Source of the DNA: Solirubrobacterales bacterium
GTDB taxonomy: Bacteria; Actinomycetota; Thermoleophilia; Solirubrobacterales; 70-9
Direction of reading: 5' to 3'
DNA length: 64,000 bases
Assembly: GCA_036009365.1 (NCBI GenBank)
Contig: DASYLY010000091.1
Coordinates: forward strand, 556 to 64,555
Shown here: in pieces, positions 17,520 to 24,936 of the stretch
Position numbering within the stretch: position 1 is the stretch's first letter
Layout of the letters: the number at the start of each line of letters is the position of its first letter
The notes under the pieces: generated by a model
Database searches by the model: none
The model's input: only the letters and a program-made list of their open reading frames with translations
Told to the model about the DNA's origin: nothing
Made by a program: the position numbers and the translations under genes

Positions 17520-19403
17520 TCAGCAGCTACTGGGCGCTGGATCGACGGGATCCTTGGTCACATCGTCGCCCCCGCCGCCGCAGGAGATCAGCTTGTCGCG
17601 ACCGCCGTCGATCGCGTCGATGTAGTCGTTGCCGGCCTTGCCGATGAAGGTGTCGGCGCCGAGGTGGCCGAGGAAGCTGTTCGCGCCACCGTCGCCGATC
17701 AGGGTGTCGGGGCCGTCTGAGCCCTCGAGGCTCTCGTTGACCCCCAGGACCTTGTCCGGTCGGCCGCAGCCAGGTGGGCCACCGCTGCCGCCGAGTGCGA
17801 CCCGCAGGGTGGCATTGGAGCGACCGTAGGAGACGGTGTCGTCACCGGCGCCGCCGTCGTAGGCATGCCCCTGGCAGACCGCCACCGAGGAGACGAGCAG
17901 GTCGTTGCCGGGACCGCCGAAGAGGCGGTCGGCGCCGGGGTCGGCGTAGAGGACGTCGCTGCCACCGTTGCCGGTCAGAGCGTCGTTGCCATTGTCGGGG
18001 CTGTTGTAGTTCTCGCCCGCCTCCAGCACGTCGTTGCCGGGACCGCCGCTGAGCGCGTCGGAGCCGGCGTTGCCGTTGGCGCGAACCTTGACGCTGGCGG
18101 GCACGCCGCCGTCGATCGCGACGCTGTCGTCGCCGGCCCCGCCGGTGATCACCAGCAGCCCGGTCGGAGCAGGCGTCGGGCAACTGGCCGCGGCGCCGCC
18201 GGCGTTGCCGCAACCGTCGCCGCCGAAAACGCCGCTGCCGTCGGTCACGGTCCAGCCCCCACCGCCATAGGCGATGTGGATGTCGTCGTTGGAGGGGCCG
18301 CCCTGGACGACCAGGCTGGCGCCGTCGAGCCCCTGGTTGAGGATCACCAGGGTGCCGTCGCCGGGAGGGTTCTCCTCTGGCCCGCAAGAGGTCTCCGCGG
18401 CGAAGTTGTTGCAGTCGTCGCTGCCGGCGCCGCCGAAGGCGGAGTCGCCGCCGCCCGCTCCGTTGAGGTCGTCGTCGCCGACGCCGCCATCGAGCCGGTT
18501 GGCGCTGCCATCGCCCACCAAGTCATCTCCCTGGGGCGAGCCGACCACGTCCTCGAAGCCGCTCAGGGTGTCGTGTCCGTCGCCTTTCGAGCGACCGGCC
18601 CCGAGGTCGACGACGATGCCGCCGCGGGTGGCGCTGGCGTAGGAGACGATGTCGAGGGCGCCCGGGCCACCGTCGAGGCTGTCGGTGCCGCTGTCGCCGC
18701 GGACGACGTCGCCGTCACCGGCGCCACCGCTGACGTCGTCGATGCCGGTGCCACCGAAGACGGCGTCGCTGCCAGCGCCGCCGTCAACCGCTTTCTCGTC
18801 GCCCGGCCCTCCGTCGACCTCGTCGTCGCCACTGCCGCCGTCGAGGGCATCGTTGCCCTTGTCGCCGCGCAAGGTGTCGTTGCCGCCACCGCCATCGGCG
18901 ACGTCGCTGCCTTTCTTGCCGTCGATGTGGTCGTCGCCGCCGCCGCCGAGCAGGTTGTCGGGGCCTTTGTCGCCGATCATGAAGTCGTCACCCTCGTCGC
19001 CGAGCAGGTTGTCCTTGCCCTGGGCGCCGTTGAGGCGGTCGTCGCCGCTGCCGCCCTCGAGGCGATCGGAGCCGGTCGAGCCGGACAGCCCGTCGTCACC
19101 CTCGTCGCCGTAGAGCTTGTCGAAGCCGCGGCCGCCCGAAAGCGAGTCGTTGCCGGCCCCACCGCAGATCGTGTCGTTGCCGTTGGGCCCGCCGGAGATG
19201 CGGTCGTCGCCACCGCCGCCGTAGATCACGTCGCTGGCCTTCTTGCCGACGAGCGTGTCGTTGCCGGGGGTGCCGACGATCGTCGCCGTCTTGCCGGCGC
19301 AGGTGGCCGCGGCGGCGCTGGCCCAGGTCGGCACGAGCAGCAACAGGGCGACCGCGGCAAGGGCAGGCACGAGCTTGCGCAGGAATGGCGAGGCGTCTTG
19401 CAT
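17520..19403 (-). CDS. secreted RTX-like calcium-binding repeat protein (paralog 2)
   Basis: Same architecture as 15633-17426 and collinear with it, including the central non-repeat module and the C-terminal ...CGGGGD...SC end. Confidence 0.8.
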   Translation of the reverse strand: MQDASPFLRKLVPALAAVALLLLVPTWASAAAATCAGKTATIVGTPGNDTLVGKKASDVIYGGGGDDRISGGPNGNDTICGGAGNDSLSGGRGFDKLYGDEGDDGLSGSTGSDRLEGGSGDDRLNGAQGKDNLLGDEGDDFMIGDKGPDNLLGGGGDDHIDGKKGSDVADGGGGNDTLRGDKGNDALDGGSGDDEVDGGPGDEKAVDGGAGSDAVFGGTGIDDVSGGAGDGDVVRGDSGTDSLDGGPGALDIVSYASATRGGIVVDLGAGRSKGDGHDTLSGFEDVVGSPQGDDLVGDGSANRLDGGVGDDDLNGAGGGDSAFGGAGSDDCNNFAAETSCGPEENPPGDGTLVILNQGLDGASLVVQGGPSNDDIHIAYGGGGWTVTDGSGVFGGDGCGNAGGAAASCPTPAPTGLLVITGGAGDDSVAIDGGVPASVKVRANGNAGSDALSGGPGNDVLEAGENYNSPDNGNDALTGNGGSDVLYADPGADRLFGGPGNDLLVSSVAVCQGHAYDGGAGDDTVSYGRSNATLRVALGGSGGPPGCGRPDKVLGVNESLEGSDGPDTLIGDGGANSFLGHLGADTFIGKAGNDYIDAIDGGRDKLISCGGGGDDVTKDPVDPAPSSC

Positions 19404-19481
19404 CGTCCGTCCCTCATCGGCCGGGAGGCGCGAAACCTTCAGTCCTCACCGACAGACGTCCGGTCGAGTACTCTCGCCGCG

Positions 19482-19886
19482 ATGAAGGGCGGCATCTACG
19501 TTCTCAACTTCTACTCGGCGGTCTTCGGCGACCAGTTGAAGCGCGGTCGCAAGACGGCAACGATCCGGCTCGGCGACAAGAGCGGCAAGTACGAGCGCGG
19601 TCAGGTCGTCTGGATCACGGTCGGCTTCCGCCACAGCCCGCGAGAGAAGATCTTCACGGCGGTAATCGACGACGTCGAGGTGAAGCCGCTGAGCGAGCTC
19701 TCGCGCCGCGACATCGAGCACGACAACCCCGAGTTCCGCCGCATCGAGGAGACCACCAAGTTCCTCGAACAGATCTACAGCCGCTCGATCTCCGAGGACG
19801 ACGCGGTGACGGTGATCCGCTTCTCGCAGATCGTCGAGCCGCCGCGCGCCCATCTCGGCAACGGGGAGACCCCGCACCACAACTGA
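19482..19886 (+). CDS. ASCH (PUA-like) domain protein
   Basis: LNFYSAVFGDQLKRGRKTATIRLGD... is a typical ASCH N-terminus. ATG at 19482 lies within the longer shadow ORF 17865-19886. Confidence 0.7.
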   Translation: MKGGIYVLNFYSAVFGDQLKRGRKTATIRLGDKSGKYERGQVVWITVGFRHSPREKIFTAVIDDVEVKPLSELSRRDIEHDNPEFRRIEETTKFLEQIYSRSISEDDAVTVIRFSQIVEPPRAHLGNGETPHHN

Positions 19887-19887
19887 T

Positions 19888-20048
19888 GCGTCCTGCCTTG
19901 TGACGTCGGCCAGGAAATGACGAGGTCCAGGCGGCGCCAGGCAAGGACGCAGGGAGCCCGAATGGCAGAGCCATTTGGGCGACTGAGGACGCCGCATGGC
20001 GGCGATCTGGGGCGGTCATTTTTGGCCGGACGTCGCGAGGCAGGACGC
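19888..20048. repeat. 161-nt intergenic module closed by 24/25-nt imperfect inverted repeats (structured RNA or MITE-like element)
   Basis: 19888-19911 GCGTCCTGCCTTGTGACGTCGGCC pairs with 20024-20048 GGCCGGACGTCGCGAGGCAGGACGC: 24 pairs including 2 G-U, plus 1 bulge. Internal hairpins AATGGC-aga-GCCATT and GCCGC-atg-GCGGC. Confidence 0.35.
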
Positions 20049-20050
20049 TA

Positions 20051-20527
20051 GTGGCCGAGTACGCCTTCCTGACCACCTGGCTGCTCGACTCCCCACGCCA
20101 ACCGGTCTGGGAGGCGATCTACGACCAGGAGCGCTGGCCGCAATGGTGGCGCGGGGTCGAGGAGGCGGTGGAACTGCGCCCTGGCAACGGCGGCGGCGAC
20201 GTCGGCAGCGTCGCCCGGATGGTCTGGAAGAGCCTGCTGCCCTACCGGGTCGAGTTCGAGGTGACGACGACGCGGGTCGAGCACCCGCATCTGTTGGAGG
20301 GCCATGCGGTCGGCGGGCTGGAAGGGACCGGCCGCTGGCGCTTCTACGAGCAGGGGGGAGTCACGGCCGTCCTCTACGAGTGGAACGTCGCCACCACGAA
20401 GCCGTGGATGAACCTGCTGGCGCCGGCCCTGCGGCCGGCCTTCGAGTGGAACCACAACTGGGTGATGGCACGCGGTGGCGAGGGTCTCGCCCGCCTGCTG
20501 GGCTGCCGCCTGCTCGCAAGCGACTAA
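20051..20527 (+). CDS. SRPBCC (START/polyketide cyclase-like) family protein
   Basis: 158 aa. VWEAIYDQERWPQWW... is typical of the SRPBCC/AHSA1-like fold. GTG start. Confidence 0.65.
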   Translation: MAEYAFLTTWLLDSPRQPVWEAIYDQERWPQWWRGVEEAVELRPGNGGGDVGSVARMVWKSLLPYRVEFEVTTTRVEHPHLLEGHAVGGLEGTGRWRFYEQGGVTAVLYEWNVATTKPWMNLLAPALRPAFEWNHNWVMARGGEGLARLLGCRLLASD

Positions 20528-20579
20528 CCGCCGGCGCCGGTGGGGCCTCGACCGGCGCGGCAATCTCGCTATCTTTCCC

Positions 20580-20606
20580 TTGGCACTCAGGCCAGTGGAG
20601 TGCCAA
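20580..20606. promoter_or_regulatory. CIRCE-type HrcA operator (TTGGCACTC-N9-GAGTGCCAA)
   Basis: Perfect 9-bp inverted repeat with a 9-nt spacer, 84 nt upstream of groES. One position per arm differs from the canonical TTAGCACTC-N9-GAGTGCTAA. Confidence 0.75.
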
Positions 20607-20689
20607 GCCCCCAGCCAATGTCGCAAACGGCTCTGGAATGGGGTTTCCCGACTTTCCAGTAACTACACACCGATAACGGAGGTTCACGA

Positions 20690-20977
20690 ATGAAGCTGAA
20701 GCCCCTCGGGGACCGGCTGATCGTCAAGCCGATCGAGGAGGAGGAGACGACCGCAAGCGGCATCGTCCTCCCCGACACGGCCAAAGAGAAGCCGCAGAAG
20801 GGCAAGGTCGTCGCCGTCGGCGACGGCGCGATCAACGAGGACGGCACTCGCCGCCCGCTCGACGTCGCGGAGGGCGATGAGGTCCTCTACTCCAAATACG
20901 GAGGCACCGAGGTAACCGTCGAGGGCGACGACCTGCTCGTGCTGCGCGAGTCGGACGTTCTCGCGAAGCTCAGCTAG
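20690..20977 (+). CDS. groES: co-chaperonin GroES
   Basis: [44 protein letters not shown]... Confidence 0.97.
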   Translation: MKLKPLGDRLIVKPIEEEETTASGIVLPDTAKEKPQKGKVVAVGDGAINEDGTRRPLDVAEGDEVLYSKYGGTEVTVEGDDLLVLRESDVLAKLS

Positions 20978-21024
20978 CCCGCCTGTCCACAGGACTTAGA
21001 AGAACCAAGGAGGACTGAATACAC

Positions 21025-22665
21025 ATGGCTCATAAGGAGCTGAAGTACGCAGAGGAGGCCAGGGGGGCATTGCAGGCGGGCGTCGACGCCGTCGCCAATG
21101 CCGTCAAGGTCACCCTTGGCCCCAAAGGCCGTTACGTCGTGCTCGACAAAAAGTTCGGCGCGCCGACGATCACCAACGACGGAGTCACCATCGCCCGCGA
21201 GGTCGAGGTCGAGGATGTCTTCGAGAACCAGGGCGCCCAGCTCGTCCGCGAGGTCGCCACGGCGACCAACGACGTTGCCGGTGACGGCACCACGACGGCG
21301 ACCCTGCTGGCGCAGATCATCGTCCGCCAGGGCCTCAAGAACGTCGCCGCCGGGGCCAACCCGCTGGCGCTGCGCCGTGGCATCGAGAAGGCTGTCGACG
21401 AGGTCGTCGAGAACCTCCGCGAGAAGCAGTCCAAGGAGGTTGCCGGCAAGGAGCAGATCGCCCGTGTCGCAGCCATCTCCGCCGGTGACGACGAGATCGG
21501 CAACGTCATCGCCGACGCGATCGAGAAAGTCGGCAAAGACGGCGTCGTCAACGTCGAGGAGGGCCAGACCTTCGGCATGGAGCTGGAGTTCACCGAGGGG
21601 ATGCAGTTCGACAAGGGCTACATCTCCCCGTACATGGTCACCGATCAGGACCGCATGGAGGCAGTGCTGGAGGACCCCTACATCCTCATTGCCAACCAGA
21701 AAATCGGCTCCGTGCGGGACATCCTGCCGGTGCTCGAGCAGGTCATGCAGGGCGGCAAGCCGCTGCTGATCGTCGCCGAGGACGTCGAGGGCGAGTGCCT
21801 GGCGACCCTGGTTGTCAACAAGCTGCGGGGTACCTTCACCGGTGTCGCCGTCAAGGCCCCCGGCTTTGGCGACCGCCGCAAGCGGATGCTCGAGGACATC
21901 GCGATCCTCACCGGTGGCGAGGTCATCACCGAGGAGATGGGCCTGAAACTGGAGAACACCCAGCTGGCTCAGCTCGGCAAGGCCCGCCGCGTCGTCGTCT
22001 CCAAGGACACGACCACGATCATCGACGGTGGCGGTAGCGCCGACGACATCAAGGGTCGCATCAAGCAGATCAAACAGGAGGTCGAGAACACCGACTCCGA
22101 CTTCGATCGCGAGAAGCTCCAGGAGCGCCTCGCGAAGCTGTCCGGAGGTGTCGCCGTGGTCAAGGTAGGCGCCGCCACCGAGACGGAGATGAAGGAGAAA
22201 AAGCACCGCGTCGAGGACGCGCTGCAGGCGACCCGCGCTGCGCTCGAGGAGGGCGTCGTCCCGGGTGGCGGTGTGGCACTGCTTAACGCTCAGGCCGGGT
22301 TGGACCCGGAGAAGCTGGCCAGCGACCCCGACGAGGTCACCGGTGCCCGGATCATCCACCGCTCGCTCGAGGAGCCGGTCCGCCAGATCGCCGAGAACTC
22401 CGGCGAGGAGGGCTCGGTCGTGGTCAACAAGGTCCGCGAGCTGAAGGCCGGCGAAGGCCTCAACGCGGCCAACGGCGAGTACGGCGACCTGATCAAGGCC
22501 GGCGTCATCGACCCGACCAAAGTGACGCGTTCGGCACTGGAGAACGCGGCCTCGATCGCCAAGAACATCCTCGTTACCGAGGCGATCATCGCCGAGCCGC
22601 CCGAAGAGGGTGGCGCCGGTGGCGGCATGCCCGGCGGTATGCCGGACATGGGCGGCATGATGTAA
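21025..22665 (+). CDS. groEL: chaperonin GroEL
   Basis: 546 aa with canonical GroEL sequence ([22 protein letters not shown]-terminal GGM repeats). Confidence 0.97.
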   Translation: MAHKELKYAEEARGALQAGVDAVANAVKVTLGPKGRYVVLDKKFGAPTITNDGVTIAREVEVEDVFENQGAQLVREVATATNDVAGDGTTTATLLAQIIVRQGLKNVAAGANPLALRRGIEKAVDEVVENLREKQSKEVAGKEQIARVAAISAGDDEIGNVIADAIEKVGKDGVVNVEEGQTFGMELEFTEGMQFDKGYISPYMVTDQDRMEAVLEDPYILIANQKIGSVRDILPVLEQVMQGGKPLLIVAEDVEGECLATLVVNKLRGTFTGVAVKAPGFGDRRKRMLEDIAILTGGEVITEEMGLKLENTQLAQLGKARRVVVSKDTTTIIDGGGSADDIKGRIKQIKQEVENTDSDFDREKLQERLAKLSGGVAVVKVGAATETEMKEKKHRVEDALQATRAALEEGVVPGGGVALLNAQAGLDPEKLASDPDEVTGARIIHRSLEEPVRQIAENSGEEGSVVVNKVRELKAGEGLNAANGEYGDLIKAGVIDPTKVTRSALENAASIAKNILVTEAIIAEPPEEGGAGGGMPGGMPDMGGMM

Positions 22666-22691
22666 CCCACGCCTTCTGGCGTGTGATTTCC

Positions 22692-22725
22692 GAGAGGCCC
22701 GGGGAGACCCGGGCCTCTCTTTTTT
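22692..22725. terminator. bidirectional intrinsic terminator
   Basis: GAGAGGCCCGGG-gaga-CCCGGGCCTCTC followed by T6, between convergent groEL and the GH26-like gene. Confidence 0.7.
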
Positions 22726-23875
22726 AGGGTTGCTTCGCCGAGACCGGTTCCGGCGTCGGCACGGGTTCGGGCGTCGGCGTTGGCACCGGGGCCGGTTTCG
22801 TTTTCTTCGGCTTCGGCGGCAGCGCCGGCAGCAGGCCGGCGTTGTAGTCGGCGTAGGAGAGGAAGTTGGCGCGGCGGATCTTCAGGCGCAGGGTGTTGGC
22901 CGTGCGCGGATAGAGGTTGAGGTCGTACTGGTTGCCGGCTCCGAAGCCGACGTAGTAGACGAGCATCCGCACCCTGGGCCGCTTGACGACCCAGGCGATC
23001 AGGTCTTTGACGAAGCGCGGTTCGTCCTCGACGTGTGCGGCCCACTCGGTGACCGCGACCGGCTTGCCGCGCCACTGCTTGGCCGCGTAGAAGCGGTTGA
23101 GGTCTTTCCAGACGGGATATTGCGAGTAGAAGTCGGTGCCGACCCAGTCGACCCAGCGGCTGCCAGGCCAGTAGTTGCCGGGGAAGTTGCCTTTGACCCG
23201 CGGCGAGCCGCCCGGCAGCGGACTCCAGACCATGCTCACCGGTGCGGGCGGCAGGGTTTCCGGGTTCGGGCCTTTGGTCCGGTTCAGGGGTGGCAGGCCG
23301 ATCTCGGCCAGGGTCAGGTTGATTCCTTCCAGGGTCTGCCCGCCGCGGACGATCGCGGCGATCCGGCGGAAGGCCTGCTTGTACCAACCAGTGGTGTGCT
23401 CGCCGCCTTTCTGGCTGCCGTCGCAGTAGACCGCCGACCAGGCATTGAGGCAGCGGTTGGGCTCGCCGAGCGGGCGGATGTAGGCCGGCAGGCCGCGTTT
23501 GTAGAAGAAGTCATTGAGCTGCAGCAGGTAGTCGTCTCCCGCTCCGAGCGCGATCTGCGCCGGGGTGATCAACTCGGCCAGAGTCTGATCGTCGGCCGTC
23601 GAGATCGCCAGGATCGGCCGCGTCCCGGTTTCGCGCCAGCGTTCGTAGGCGGCGTTGAGGCTGTTGCCCCAGGGGTGGAAGGTCTCCAGCAGCGCCGGGT
23701 GCTTGGCGGTGAACGCCGCGAATTCGTTGAACTCGGCGGTGCTGCCGCGATCGCTGACGCCGAGGAAGACGTTCGGCTTCGGCGGCACCAGGCTGATCGC
23801 CGATGCCTGCGTGGCGAACAGCGTCGCACTCAAAACCCCCAACGCGAGTGCTCTATTCAGGACCTTCCAGGACAT
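22724..23875 (-). CDS. secreted glycoside hydrolase, GH26-like, with Pro/Lys/Thr-rich C-terminal tail
   Basis: Signal peptide; IRPLGEPN (compare GH26 RPLHEMN) and VAVTEWA (nucleophile-like). C-terminal PPKPKKTKPAPVPTPTPEPVPTPEP linker. Confidence 0.5.
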   Translation of the reverse strand: MSWKVLNRALALGVLSATLFATQASAISLVPPKPNVFLGVSDRGSTAEFNEFAAFTAKHPALLETFHPWGNSLNAAYERWRETGTRPILAISTADDQTLAELITPAQIALGAGDDYLLQLNDFFYKRGLPAYIRPLGEPNRCLNAWSAVYCDGSQKGGEHTTGWYKQAFRRIAAIVRGGQTLEGINLTLAEIGLPPLNRTKGPNPETLPPAPVSMVWSPLPGGSPRVKGNFPGNYWPGSRWVDWVGTDFYSQYPVWKDLNRFYAAKQWRGKPVAVTEWAAHVEDEPRFVKDLIAWVVKRPRVRMLVYYVGFGAGNQYDLNLYPRTANTLRLKIRRANFLSYADYNAGLLPALPPKPKKTKPAPVPTPTPEPVPTPEPVSAKQP

Positions 23876-24737
23876 CGCTCATCCTTCTCGGCTCGACTCC
23901 GAGCGCCTGCACGTCGGCTGTCCCGCGCTCGCTGACCATGGAGACCTCCATCAACTCAGCCTCCTCCCAGGTTGCAAACACGGCCTCGCCGAAAACGGAG
24001 CGCAGGGCGATCAGGCCGGAGCGGACCAGCGGCAGCGGCAGGTGGACGAGCGGGCGCGGCCGGCCGGCGGCGCGGCTGACCAGGTCCGACATCTGGTCGT
24101 AGGTGAGCGTTTCCGGCCCGGCCAACTCGTAGCGCGTCTGCCCCTCGCGCCCGAGCGCGGCGGTCACGCAGCGGGCGACGTCGTCGGCCCAGATCGGCTG
24201 GAAGGCCGCCCGGCCGCGGCCGGAGACCGGCAGCACTGGCAGGAAGGAGAAGCGCCGCAGCAGGGTGATCCAGGGGTCGCTGTGGTCGTAGACGATCGAC
24301 GGAGCGAAGACGGTCGTCTCCAGCGAGGAGGACTGCACTGCCTGCTCGGCCAGCCACTTGGCGCGGAAGAAGCGGGTGCGCTGGGCAGCGTAGGCATCGA
24401 GGGCGCTGAAGAAGACGAAGCGCCGCACGCCGCTGCGCTCGGCCGCCCGCAGCAACCGGATCGTCGCCAGCCCGTTCAGCTCCTCCAGCCGCCGCGGCGG
24501 CTGGTCGCGGATCGTCGCCGCCAGGTGGACCACGGTGTCGACTCCGCGCAGCGCCTGGCGCACCAGGTAGGGGTCCGACATCTCGCCGAGGTCGCCGAGG
24601 GCGATCTGCACGTCGACCCGCCGCTCGCCCAGCCGTCGCGGCTCGCGCACCAAGCAGCGCACGTCGGTGCCGCCCTCCAGCAGCAGCGGCAGCAACCGCG
24701 ATCCAACGCTTCCAGTGGCCCCCGTCAGCAGCAGCAT
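23853..24737 (-). CDS. NAD(P)-binding atypical SDR (NmrA/NDUFA9-like) oxidoreductase
   Basis: MLLLTGATGSVGSRLL Rossmann motif at the chosen ATG (24737). The upstream part of the ORF is Arg/Ser-rich and probably noncoding. Confidence 0.75.
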   Translation of the reverse strand: MLLLTGATGSVGSRLLPLLLEGGTDVRCLVREPRRLGERRVDVQIALGDLGEMSDPYLVRQALRGVDTVVHLAATIRDQPPRRLEELNGLATIRLLRAAERSGVRRFVFFSALDAYAAQRTRFFRAKWLAEQAVQSSSLETTVFAPSIVYDHSDPWITLLRRFSFLPVLPVSGRGRAAFQPIWADDVARCVTAALGREGQTRYELAGPETLTYDQMSDLVSRAAGRPRPLVHLPLPLVRSGLIALRSVFGEAVFATWEEAELMEVSMVSERGTADVQALGVEPRRMSDVLEGPE

Positions 24738-24750
24738 CTCGCCGCCGATG

Positions 24751-24936
24751 CTAGCGGCGGTGTTTTTTCCGCTTCTTTTTCGGCTTCGGACCGAGTTTGA
24801 GGTCGACCGCGCCGGCGGTGCTCGCGTTCGCATCGGGAGTTGAGGATTTGACAATCAGCGAGGGCAGTTTTTTGCCTTTTTTCGCTTTCGGTTTCGTCAC
24901 TTTGCCGAGCGTGCAATGCGCGGCGGTCAGCGCCAT
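24751..24936 (-). other. Lys-rich 61-codon ORF in the -1 frame, overlapping the S8 protease stop; probably the displaced C-terminus of that protease
   Basis: MALTAAHCTLGKVTKPKAKKGKK... continues the CKVPKLAGLKLPAAK... module that the protease frame truncates at 24927. See the corresponding finding. Confidence 0.35.

Noticed and set aside
15648-19481. Very long plus-strand ORFs (15648-17498, 616 aa; 17865-19886, 673 aa upstream part) antisense to the RTX-like genes
   Set aside because: Their products are monotonous Ala/Gly/Val/Asp strings with no motifs. They are mirror images of the GGC-GAC-rich repeat codons on the minus strand, where signal peptides and Ca-binding repeats give a coherent protein. 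Only the last 135 codons (ASCH, from 19482) look real.
20974-22359. 461-aa ORF antisense to groEL
   Set aside because: groEL on the plus strand is unambiguous. The antisense product has low complexity (Leu/Asp/Gly/Val).
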